64,000 nt of DNA from Centroscyllium fabricii. Taxonomy: Eukaryota. The notes under the pieces are model-generated. The model made no database searches. It was not told the origin of the DNA and worked only from the letters and a program-made list of their open reading frames with translations. The stretch lies in NCBI GenBank assembly GCA_051313645.2, contig JBNRSN020000089.1, positions 2,542,001 through 2,606,000 on the forward strand, read 5' to 3'. Shown one piece after another: positions 50,290 to 62,525 of this stretch (position 1 is its first letter; every line of letters begins with the position of its first letter). Position numbers and translations under genes: made by a program.

Positions 50290-52130
50290 TACATCAGACA
50301 ATATCCATCTGTGTACAGTATATCAGACAATGTGCATCTGTGTACAATACATCAGACAATATCCATCTGTGTACAATACATCAGACAATGTCCATCTGTG
50401 ATCAATACATCAGACAATGTCCATCTGTGCACAATACATCAGACAATGTCCATCTGTGTACAGTACGTCAGACAATGTCCATCTGTTTACAGTACATCAG
50501 GCAATGTCCTTCTGTGTACAGTACATCAGACAATGTCTATCTGTGTACAATACATCAGACACTGTCCATCTGTGTACAATACATCAGAAAATTTCCATCT
50601 GTGAACAATACATCAGACAATATCTATCTGTGAACAATACATCAGACAATGTCCATCTGTACAATACATCAGACAATGTCCATCTGTGTACAATACATCA
50701 GACATTATCCATTTGTGTACAATACATCAGACAATGTCCAACTGTGAACAATATATCAGACAATACGAATCTGTGAACAATACATCAGACAATGTTCATC
50801 TGTGTACAATACATCAGACAATATCCATCTGTGTACAATACATCAGACAATATCCATCTGTGTACAGTACATCAGACAATGTAAATCTGTGAACAATATA
50901 TCAGACAATATCCATCTGTGTACAATACATCAGACAATGTCCATCTGTGAACAAAACATCAGACAATGTCCATCTGTGTACAATACATCAGACAATGTCC
51001 ATTTGTACAATATATCAGACAATGTCCATTTGTGTACAATACATCAGACATTATCCATTTGTGTACAATACATCAGACAATGTCCATCTGTGAACAATAC
51101 ATCAGATAATATCCATCTGTGAACAATACACCAAACAATGTCCATCTGTGTACAATACATCAGACAATATCCATCTGTGAACAATACATCAGACAATATT
51201 CATCTGTGTACAGTACATCAGACAAAGTCCATCTGTGTACAGTACATCAGACAATGTCCTTCTGTGTACAGTATATCAGACAATGTCCATCTGTGTACAA
51301 TACATCAGACTCTGTCCATCTGTGTACAATACATCAGAAAATGTCCATCTGTGAACAATACATCAGACAATATCCATCTGTGTACAATACATCAGACAAT
51401 GTCCATCTGTACAATACATCAGACAATGTCCATCTGTGTACAATACATCAGACATTATCCATCTGTGTACAATACATCAGACCATGTCGATCTGTGAACA
51501 ATACGTCAGACAATATCCATCTGTGAACAATACATCAGACAATGTCCATCTGTGTACAATACATCAGACAATATCCATCTGTGTACAATACATCAGACAA
51601 TATCCATCTGTGTACAGTACATCAGACAATGTCCATCTGTGTACAGTACATCAGACAATGTCCTTATGTGTACAGTATTTCAGACAATGTCCATCTGTGT
51701 ACAATACATCAGACTCTGTCCATCTGTGTACAATACATCAGAAAATGTTCATCTGTGAACAATACATCAGACAATATCCATCTGTGAACAATACATCAGA
51801 AAATGTCCATCTGTGCACAATACATAAGACATTATCAATCTGTGTACAATACATCCGACATTATCTATCTGTGTACAATACATCAGACAATATCCATCTG
51901 TGAACAATACATCAAACAATAACCATCTGTGTACAATACATCAGACAATATCCATTTGTGTACAATACATCAGAAAATGTCCAACTGTGTACAATACATC
52001 AGACAATATCCATCTGTGTACAATACATCAGACATTATCCATCTGTGAACAATACATCAGACATTATCCATCTGTGTACAATACATCAGATATGGTCCAT
52101 CTGTGAACAATACATCAGACATTATCCATC
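50290..52130. repeat. Further copy of the ~41910-43750 satellite block (offset 8378)
   Basis: ORF pairs 42039/50417, 42308/50686, 42741/51119, 43058/51436 and 43522/51900; shared rare variants TACGAATC and CACCAAAC. Confidence 0.87.
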
Positions 52131-54652
52131 TGTGTACAATACATCAGACCATGTCCATCTGTGAACAATACATCAGACAATATCCATCTGTGAACAATAC
52201 ATCAGACAATGTCCATCTGTGTACAATACATCAGAAAATATCCATCTGTGTACAATACATCAGACAATATGCATGTGTGTACAGTACATCAGACAATGAC
52301 CATCTGTGTACAATACACCAGACAATATCCATCTGTGTACAATACCTCAGACAATGTCCATCTGTGAACAATACATAAGACATTATCAATCTGTGTACAA
52401 TACATCAGACATTATCCATCTGCGTACAATACATCAGACAATATCCATCTGTGAATAATACATCAGAAAATGTCCGTCTGTGTACAATACATCAGACATT
52501 ATCCATCTGTGAACAATACATCAGACAATAACCATCTGTGTACAATACATCAGACAATATCCATCGGTGTACAATATATCAGAAAATGTCCATCTGTGTA
52601 CAATACATCAGACAATATCCATATGTGTACAGTACATCAGACAATGTCCATCTGTGTACAATACATCAGACACTGTCCATCTGTGTACAATATATCAGAC
52701 AATGTCCATCTGTGAACAATACATCGGACAACATCCATCTGTGAACAATACATCAGACAATATCCAGCTGTGTACAATACATCAGACAATGTCCATCTGT
52801 ACAATACATCAGACAATGTCCATCTGTGTACAATACATCAGACATTATCCATCTGTGTACAATACATAAGACAATATACATCTGTGAACAATAAATCAGA
52901 CAATATCCATCTGTGAACAATACATCAGACCATGTCCAACTGTGTACAATACATCAGGCAATATCAATCTGTGTACAATACATCAGACAATATCCATCTG
53001 TATACAGTATATCAGACAATGTCCATCTGTGTACAATACTTCAGACAATATCCATCTGTGTACAATATATCAGACAATATCCATCTGTGAACAATACATC
53101 AGACAATGTCCATCTGTGTACAATACATCAGACAATGTCCATCTGTACAATACATCAGACAATGTCCATCTGTGTACAATACATCAGACATTATCCATCT
53201 GTGTACAATACATCAGACAATGTCCATCTGTGAACAATACATCAGATAATATCCATCTGTGAACAATACATCAGACAATTTCCATCTGTGTACAATACAT
53301 CAGACAATATCCATCTGTGTACAATACATCAGACAAATTTCATCTGTGTACCGTACATCAGACAATGTCCATCTGTGTACAGTACATCAGAAAATGTCCT
53401 TCTGTGTACAATACATCAGACTCTGTCCATCTGTGTACAATATATCAGAAAATGTCCATCTGTGAACAATACATGAGACAATATCCATCTGTGTACAATA
53501 CATCAGACAATGTTCATCTGTACAATACATCAGACAATGTCCATCTGTGTAAAATACATCAGACATTATCCATCTGTGTACAATACATCAGACCATGTCC
53601 ATCTGTGAACAATACATCAGGCAATATCCATCTGTGAACAATGCAGCAGACAATGTCCATCTGTGTACAATACATCAGAAAATATCCATCTGTGTACAAT
53701 ACATCAGACAATATCCATGTGTGTACAGTACATCAGACAATGACCATCTGTGTACAATACATCAGACAATATCCATCTGTGTACAATACATCAGACAATG
53801 TCCATCTGTGAACAATACATAAGACATTATCAATCTGTGTACAATACATCAGACATTATCCATCTGTGTACAATATATTAGACAATATCCATCTGTGAAT
53901 AATACATCAGTAAATGTCCATCTGTGTACAATACATCAGACATTATCCATCTGTGAACAATACATCAGACAATAACCAACTGTGTAACATACATCAGAAA
54001 TGTCCATCTGTGTACAATACATCAGACAATATCCATCTGTGTACAATACATCAGAAATTATCCATCTGTGAACAATACATCAGACATTATCCATCTGTGT
54101 AAAATACATCAGACATGGTCCATCTGTGAACAATACATCAGACATTATCCATCCTTGTACAATACATCAGACAATATCCATCTGTGTACAATCCATCAGA
54201 CAATATCCATCTGTGTACAAAACATCAGAGAATGTCAATCTGTGTACAAAACATCAGACAATGTCCATCTGTGAACAATACATCAGACAATATCCATCTG
54301 TGAACCATATATCAGACAATATCCATCTGTGAACAATACATCAGACAATGTCCATCTGTACAATGCATCAGACAATGTCCATCTGTGTACAATACATCAG
54401 ACATTATCCATCTGTGTACACTACATCAGACAATGTCCATCTGTGAACAATAAATCAGACAATGTCCATCTGTACAATACATCAGACAATGTCCATCTGT
54501 GTACAATACATCAGAAATTATCCATCTGTGTACACTACATCAGACAATGTCCATCTGTGAACAATAAATCAGACAATATCCATCTGTGAACAATAATTCA
54601 GACAATGTCCATCTGTGAACAATACATCAGACAATATCCATCTGTGTACAAT

Positions 54653-57600
54653 ACATCAGACAATGTTCATCTGTACAATACATCAGACAATGTCCATCTT
54701 TGTACAATACATCAGACATTATCCATCTGTGTACAATACTTCAGACCATTTCCATCTGTGAACAATTATTCAGGCAATATCCATCTGTGAACAATACCTC
54801 AGACAATGTCCATCTGTGTACAATACATCAGAAAATATCCATCTGTGTACAATACATCAGACAATATCCATGTGTGTACAGTACATCAGACAATGACCAT
54901 CTGTGTACAATACATCAGACAATATCCATCTGTGTACAATACATCAGACAATGTCCATCTGTGAACAATACATAAGACATTATCAATCTGTGTACAATAT
55001 ATCAGACATTATCCATCTGTGTACAATACATCAGACAATATCCATCTGTGAATAATACATCAGAAAATATCCATCTGTGTACAATACATCAGACATTATC
55101 CATCTGTGAACAATACATCAGACAATAACCATCTGTGTAACATACATCAGAAATGTCCATCTGTGTACAATACATCAGACAATATCCATCTGTGTACAAT
55201 ACATCAGAAATTATCCATCTGTGAACAATACATCAGACATTATCCATCTGTGTAAAATACATCAGACATGGTCCATCTGTGAACAATACATCAGACATTA
55301 TCCATCCTTGTACAATACATCAGACAATATCCATCTGTGTACAATACATCAGACCATGTCCATCTGTGTACAATCCATCAGACAATATCCATCTGTGTAC
55401 AAAACATCAGAGAATGTCCATCTGTGTACAAAACATCAGACAATGTCAATCTGTGAACAATACATCAGACAATATCCATCTGTGAACAATATATCAGACA
55501 ATATCCATCTGTGTACAATACATCAGACAATGTCCATTTGAACAATACATCAGACAATTTCCATCTGTGTACAATACATCAGACAAATTTCATCTGTGTA
55601 CCGTACATCAGACAATGTCCATCTGTGTACAGTACATCAGAAAATGTCCTTCTGTGTACAATACATCAGACTCTGTCCATCTGTGTACAATATATCAGAA
55701 AATGTCCATCTGTGAACAATACATGAGACAATATCCATCTGTGTACAATACATCAGACAATGTTCATCTGTACAATACATCAGACAATGTCCATCTGTGT
55801 ACAATACATCAGACATTATCCATCTGTGTACAATACATCAGACCATGTCCATCTGTGAACAATACATCAGGCAATATCCATCTGTGAACAATGCAGCAGA
55901 CAATGTCCATCTGTGTACAATACATCAGAAAATATCCATCTGTGTACAATACATCAGACAATATCCATGTGTGTACAGTGCATCAGACAATGACCATCTG
56001 TGTACAATACATCAGACAATATCCATCTGTGTACAATACATCAGACAATGTCCATCTGTGAACAATACATAAGACATTATCAATCTGTGTACAATACATC
56101 AGACATTATCCATCTGTGTACAATATATTAGACAATATCCATCTGTGAATAATACATCAGAAAATGTCCATCTGTGTACAATACAACAGACATTATCCAT
56201 CTGTGAACAATACATCAGACAATAAACAACTGTGTAACATACATCAGAAATGTCCATCTGTGTACAATACATCAGACAATATCCATCTGTGTACAATACA
56301 TCAGAAATTATCCATCTGTGAACAATACATCAGACATTATCCATCTGTGTAATATACATCAGACATGGTCCATCTGTGAACAATACATCAGACATTATCC
56401 ATCCTTGTACAATACATCAGACAATATCCATCTGTGTACAATACATCAGACCATGTCCATCTGTGTACAATCCATCAGACAATATCCATCTGTGTACAAA
56501 ACATCAGAGAATGTCCATCTGTGTACAAAACATCCGACAATGTCCATCTGTGAACAATACATCAGACAATATCCATCTGTGAACCATATATCAGACAATA
56601 TCCATCTGTGTACAATACATCAGACAATGTCCATCTGTACAATGCATCAGACAATGTCCATCTGTGTACAATACATCAGACATTATCCATCTGTGTACAC
56701 TACATCAGAAAATGTCCATCTGTGAACAATAAATCAGACAATGTCCATCTGTACAATACATCAGACAATGTCCATCTGTGTACAATACATCAGAAATTAT
56801 CCATCTGTGTACACTACATCAGACAATGTCCATCTGTGATCAATAAATCAGACAATATCCATCTGTGAACAATAATTCAGACAATGTCCATCTGTGAACA
56901 ATACATCAGACAATATCCATCTGTGTACAATACATCAGACAATGTTCAACTGTACAATACATCAGACAATGTCCATCTGTGTACAATACATCAGACATTA
57001 TCCATCTGTGTACAATACATCAGACCATTTCCATCTGTGAACAATACATCAGGCAATATCCATCTGTGAACAATACCTCAGACAATGTCCATCTGTGTAC
57101 AATACATCAGAAAATATCCATCTGTGTACAATACATCAGACAATATCCATGTGTGTACAGTACATCAGACAATGACCATCTGTGTACAATACATCAGACA
57201 ATATCCATCTGTGTACAATACATCAGACAATGTCCATCTGTGAACAATACATAAGACATTATCAATCTGTGTACAATATATCAGACATTATCCATCTGTG
57301 TACAATACATCAGACAATATCCATCTGTGAATAATACATCAGAAAATATCCATCTGTGTACAATACATCAGACATTATCCATCTGTGAACAATACATCAG
57401 ACAATAACCATCTGTGTAACATACATCAGACAATGTCCATCTGTGTACAATACATCAGACAATATCCATCTGTGTACAATACATCAGAAATTATCCATCT
57501 GTGAACAATACATCAGACATTATCCATCTGTGTAAAATACATCAGACATGGTCCATCTGTGAACAATACGTCAGACATTATCCATTCTTGTACAATACAT

Positions 57601-60600
57601 CAGACAATATCCATCTGTGTACAATACATCAGACCATGTCCATCTGTGTACAATCCATCAGACAATATCCATCTGTGTACAAAACATCAGAGAATGTCCA
57701 TCTGTGTACAAAACATCAGACAATGTTCATCTGTACAATACATCAGACAATGTCCATCTGTGTACAATACATCAGACATTATCCATCTGTGTACAATACT
57801 TCAGACCATTTCCATCTGTGAACAATTATTCAGGCAATATCCATCTGTGAACAATACCTCAGACAATGTCCATCTGTGTACAATACATCAGAAAATATCC
57901 ATCTGTGTACAATACATCAGACAATATCCATGTGTGTACAGTACATCAGACAATGACCATCTGTGTACAATACATCAGACAATATCCATCTGTGTACAAT
58001 ACATCAGACAATGTCCATCTGTGAACAATACATAAGACATTATCAATCTGTGTACAATATATCAGACATTATCCATCTGTGTACAATACATCAGACAATA
58101 TCCATCTGTGAATAATACATCAGAAAATATCCATCTGTGTACAATACATCAGACATTATCCATCTGTGAACAATACATCAGACAATAACCATCTGTGTAA
58201 CATACATCAGAATTGTCCATCTGTGTACAATACATCAGACAATATCCATCTGTGTACAATACATCAGAAATTATCCATCTGTGAACAATACATCAGACAT
58301 TATACATCTGTGTAAAATACATCAGACATGGTCCATCTGTGAACAATACATCAGACATTATCCATCCTTGTACAATACATCAGACAATATCCATCTGTGT
58401 ACAATACATCAGACCATGTCCATCTGTGTACAATCCATCAGACAATATCCATCTGTGTACAAAACATCAGAGAATGTCCATCTGTGTACAAAACATCAGA
58501 CAATGTCCATCTGTGAACAATACATCAGACAATATCCATCTGTGAACAATATATCAGACAATATCCATCTGTGTACAATACATCAGACAATGTCCATTTG
58601 AACAATACATCAGACAATTTCCATCTGTGTACAATACATCAGACAAATTTCATCTGTGTACCGTACATCAGACAATGTCCATCTGTGTACAGTACATCAG
58701 AAAATGTCCTTCTGTGTACAATACATCAGACTCTGTCCATCTGTGTACAATATATCAGAAAATGTCCATCTGTGAACAATACATGAGACAATATCCATCT
58801 GTGTACAATACATCAGACAATGTTCATCTGTACAATACATCAGGCAATGTCCATCTGTGTACAATACATTAGACATTATCCATCTGTGTACAATACATCA
58901 GACCATGTCCATCTGTGAACAATACATCAGGCAATATCCATCTGTGAACAATGCAGCAGACAATGTCCATCTGTGTACAATACATCAGAAAATATCCATC
59001 TGTGTACAATACATCAGACAATATCCATGTGTGTACAGTGCATCAGACAATGACCATCTGTGTACAATACATCAGACAATATCCATCTGTGTACAATACA
59101 TCATACAATGTCCATCTGTGAACAATACATAAGACATTATCAATCTGTGTACAATACATCAGACATTATCCATCTGTGTACAATATATTAGACAATATCC
59201 ATCTGTGAATAATACATCAGAAAATGTCCATCTGTGTACAATACAACAGACATTATCCATCTGTGAACAATACATCAGACAATAACCAACTGTGTAACAT
59301 ACATCAGAAATGTCCATCTGTGTACAATACATCAGACAATATCCATCTGTGTACAATACATCAGAAATTATCCATCTGTGAACAATACATCAGACATTAT
59401 CCATCTGTGTAAAATACATCAGACATGGTCCATCTGTGAACAATACATCAGACATTATCCATCCTTGTACAATACATCAGACAATATCCATCTGTGTACA
59501 ATACATCAGACCATGTCCATCTGTGTACAATCCATCAGACAATATCCATCTGTGTACAAAACATCAGAGAATGTCCATCTGTGTACAAAACATCCGACAA
59601 TGTCCATCTGTGAACAATACATCAGACAATATCCATCTGTGAACCATATATCAGACAATATCCATCTGTGTACAATACATCAGACAATGTCCATCTGTAC
59701 AATGCATCAGACAATGTCCATCTGTGTACAATATATCAGACATTATCCATCTGTGTACACTACATCAGACAATGTCCATCTGTGAACAATAAATCAGACA
59801 ATGTCCATCTGTACAATACATCAGACAATGTCCATCTGTGTACAATACATCAGAAATTATCCATCTGTGTACACTACATCAGACAATGTCCATCTGTGAT
59901 CAATAAATCAGACAATATCCATCTGTGAACAATAATTCAGACAATGTCCATCTGTGAACAATACATCAGACAATATCCATCTGTGTACAATACATCAGAC
60001 AATGTTCATCTGTACAATACATCAGACAATGTCCATCTGTGTACAATACATCAGACATTATCCATCTGTGTACAATACATCAGACCATTTCCATCTGTGA
60101 ACAATACATCAGGCAATATCCATCTGTGAACAATACCTCAGACAATGTCCATCTGTGTACAATACATCAGAAAATATCCATCTGTGTACAATACATCAGA
60201 CAATATCCATGTGTGTACAGTACATCAGACAATGACCATCTGTGTACAATACATCAGAGAATATCCATCTGTGTACAATACATCAGACAATGTCCATCTG
60301 TGAACAATACATAAGACATTATCAATCTGTGTACAATATATCAGACATTATCCATCTGTGTACAATACATCAGACAATATCCATCTGTGAATAATACATC
60401 AGAAAATATCCATCTGTGTACAATACATCAGACATTATCCATCTGTGAACAATACATCAGACAATAACCATCTGTGTAACATACATCAGACAATGTCCAT
60501 CTGTGTACAATACATCAGACAATATCCATCTGTGTACAATACATCAGAAATTATCCATCTGTGAACAATACATCAGACATTATCCATCTGTGTAAAATAC

Positions 60601-60786
60601 ATCAGACATGGTCCATCTGTGAACAATACATCAGACATTATCCATCCTTGTACAATACATCAGACAATATCCATCTGTGTACAATACATCAGACCATGTC
60701 CATCTGTGTACAATCCATCAGACAATATCCATCTGTGTACAAAACATCAGAGAATGTCCATCTGTGTACAAAACATCAGACAATGT
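54653..60786. repeat. Tandem duplication of a 3060-bp satellite block built from ~0.8-1.2 kb subunits
   Basis: The lines starting 54661 and 57721 align in register. ORF pairs 55221/58281, 55511/58571, 56164/59224, 56979/60039 and 57501/60561 have offset 3060. Subunit starts at 54068, 55221, 56318, 57501, 58281, 59378 and 60561. Confidence 0.93.
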
Positions 60787-61172
60787 CCATCTGTGAACAA
60801 TACATCAGACAATATCCATCTGTGAACAATATATCAGACAATATCCATCTGTGTACAATACATCAGACAATGTCCATCTGTATGTAACCTGGGTCTGAAA
60901 CCCAGAGTCAGGGAGAATCTCCCTAAAGGGTTAAAAATCTAGGGATCCAGTGGTCTGAGGTCAGTTGACCTCTTCGGTGCCAGTTTGTCTGGAAGTTTGA
61001 TCACAAGGGGGTTGTTGACCAGGTGTGAGTATGGACAATGTTTCAGACAGGCTGGGCTGCCATGGAAACCAGCACTCGGCTCCGGCCAGTCTGGAAAAAC
61101 AAGGGGTCTTGCAGGTGGGGGCTGTGTGATTGCTTTGCGATAGGCTGGCTAAAAGTGGGGTGAGTTACTGGA

Positions 61173-61196
61173 GGGTGGAGCCAGGACAGGATAAAT
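61173..61196 (+). promoter_or_regulatory. Candidate LTR core promoter (GT/CACCC box plus TATA-like GATAAA element)
   Basis: GGGTGGAGCC at 61173, followed by GATAAAT at 61190 (GATAAAA in LTR2 at 63147), about 300 bp into the LTR. Motif-level inference only. Confidence 0.35.
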
Positions 61197-61336
61197 GGCT
61201 AGACACGCCTAGAGACAGGATTATTAAGATTGAGCTGGAGGAAGATAGAGCGCAGGAGGAAGAGAGAAGATTGAGCAGGAGGTTAGATGGAGAGAAGATC
61301 CAGGAAAGATCCAGAGAAGCCACGAGAGAGGCAGTT

Positions 61337-62082
61337 CCAAGAGCCGTCGTTATCTCCCTGGGGATGAGGAGGCTGTAGTGTACGGTCCTCATTGTCGAGC
61401 CCTGTTTGGACAGTCGTGAGTAGTGACTACTGAGAGAAGGGCTTGGGGAAGACGAGTTTGCAGGAAGCAGAGGGTGGAGAAGTGTGTTTGATGCCCACTG
61501 CTGGAAGATGCTGGAGGCTTTCGTGTTAAAAGGACTGAGAGACAGTCCCAAGAGCCGTCGTTGTTTCCCTTGGGATGAGTAGGCTGTAGTGTACGGTACT
61601 CATTGCCGAGCCCTATTCGGACAGTCGTGAGTAGCACTTACTGAGAGAAGGGCTTGGGGAAGACGAGGTTGCAGGAAGCAGAGGGTGGAGAAGTGTGTGC
61701 GACGCCCACTGCTGGAGGATGCTGGAGGCTTTCATGTTAAAAGGACTGAGAGACAGTCCCAAGAGCCGTCGTTGTTTCCCTTGGGATGAGTAGGCTGTAG
61801 TGTACGGTACTCATTGTCAAGCCCTGTTCGGACAGTCGTGAGTGGCGGCTACTGAGAGAAGGGCTTGGGGAAGACGAGGTTGCAGGAAACAGAGGGTGGA
61901 GAGCTGTGTGCGACGCCCACTGCTGGAAGATGCTGGAAGCTTTCGTGTTAAAAGGACAGAGGCAGATCCAAGAGCCGTCGTTGTCTCCCTTGAGATGAGG
62001 AGACTGTAGTGTACGGTCCTCATTTTCAAGCCCTATTCGGACAGTCGTGAGTAATAACTTCTGAGAAAAGGGCTTGGGGAAC
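61337..62082 (+). repeat. ~3.5 tandem copies of a 209-211-bp unit inside the 5' LTR
   Basis: The anchor CCAAGAGCCGTCGTT starts at 61337, 61548, 61759 and 61968; the fourth copy stops after GGGCTTGGGGAA. Confidence 0.97.
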
Positions 62083-62086
62083 AAGG

Positions 62087-62371
62087 TGTAAGGGTGCTAA
62101 AGTGGATGCCTTGCCATTGTAAATTGCTGATTGAAATGTGTTCTGTAAGGGTGCTAAAGCGAATGCCTTGCCATTGTAAATTGCTGATTGAAATGTGTTC
62201 TGTAAGGGTGCTAAAGCGAGTGCCTTGCCATTGTAAATTGCTGATTGAAATGTGTTCTGTAAGGGTGCTAAAGCGAGTGCCTTGCCAGTGTAAATTGCTG
62301 ATTGAAATGTGTTCTGGAAGGGTGCTAGAGCGAGTGCCTTGCCATTATAAAGTTCTGATTGAAGTGTGTTC
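62087..62371 (+). repeat. Five tandem copies of a 57-bp minisatellite inside the LTR
   Basis: Unit TGTAAGGGTGCTAAAGCGAGTGCCTTGCCATTGTAAATTGCTGATTGAAATGTGTTC starts at 62087, 62144, 62201, 62258 and 62315; the outer copies are the most diverged. Confidence 0.97.
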
Positions 62372-62519
62372 TTGGGAGTGGTTGTGAGCTGAATGAATGT
62401 GTAAATGATTTGTTGTATGACATTAATGCTGCTTTCTATTTGTGTATGCAGTTGCTAGTTGTTTAACACTGTTTGTATTTAAACTCTATCTCCCATCACT
62501 GTTATTAAAGTTTGTAAAT

Positions 62520-62525
62520 AATAAA
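62520..62525 (+). terminator. Candidate LTR polyadenylation signal
   Basis: AATAAA (with ATTAAA at 62504) in the AT-rich segment near the LTR 3' end, followed by T/GT-rich sequence. Confidence 0.55.

Larger units (their letters stand above)
1..60882. repeat. 29-bp tandem satellite array (~2,100 monomers; continues beyond the left edge)
   Basis: Continuous head-to-tail copies of TGTGTACAATACATCAGACAATGTCCATC in one orientation, with point variants and occasional 27-, 28- and 30-bp monomers. I saw no spacer or foreign sequence until 60883. The consensus is 38% GC with no CpG. Confidence 0.99.

Noticed and set aside
1-60882. CRISPR array (29-bp repeats with partial palindromes)
   Set aside because: Repeats are directly adjacent with no unique spacers, there are no cas genes, and the flanking element is a eukaryotic LTR retroelement.
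371-60887. Hundreds of Cys/His/Tyr-rich ORFs (MSICVQYIRQCPSVYNTSDNVHLCTIHQT repeats) resembling zinc-finger or repeat proteins
   Set aside because: The 29-bp consensus has no + strand stop codon, so three monomers give the same 29-aa cycle in all three overlapping frames. ORFs end at common variants (e.g. GTGAAC creating TGA) and shift frame at 27/28/30-bp monomers. There is no C2H2 spacing or linker and no unique domain.
61031-61049. Satellite-like words in the LTR (ATGGACAATGT, TCAGACA) suggesting the satellite derives from the LTR
   Set aside because: Matches of only 11 and 7 bp, in inconsistent orientations, are compatible with chance given the many monomer variants.
61130-61378. 82-aa charged ORF in the LTR (and its copy at 63087), plus overlapping minus-strand ORFs 61165-62084
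   Set aside because: Non-ATG start for the + strand ORF. The Glu/Arg and Ser/Leu bias simply reflects purine-rich sequence and tandem repeats, and there is no recognisable Gag, Pol or Env motif.
61337-62082. Canonical hammerhead ribozyme (retrozyme) in the 211-bp units
   Set aside because: GATGAG resembles part of the core, but CUGANGA and GAAA are not found in the required positions on either strand. Kept only as an unclassified structured-RNA candidate.
62094-62387. 97-aa ORF with a 19-aa Cys-rich repeat
   Set aside because: Explained by the 57-bp repeat being a multiple of three; GTG start and no flanking coding sequence.
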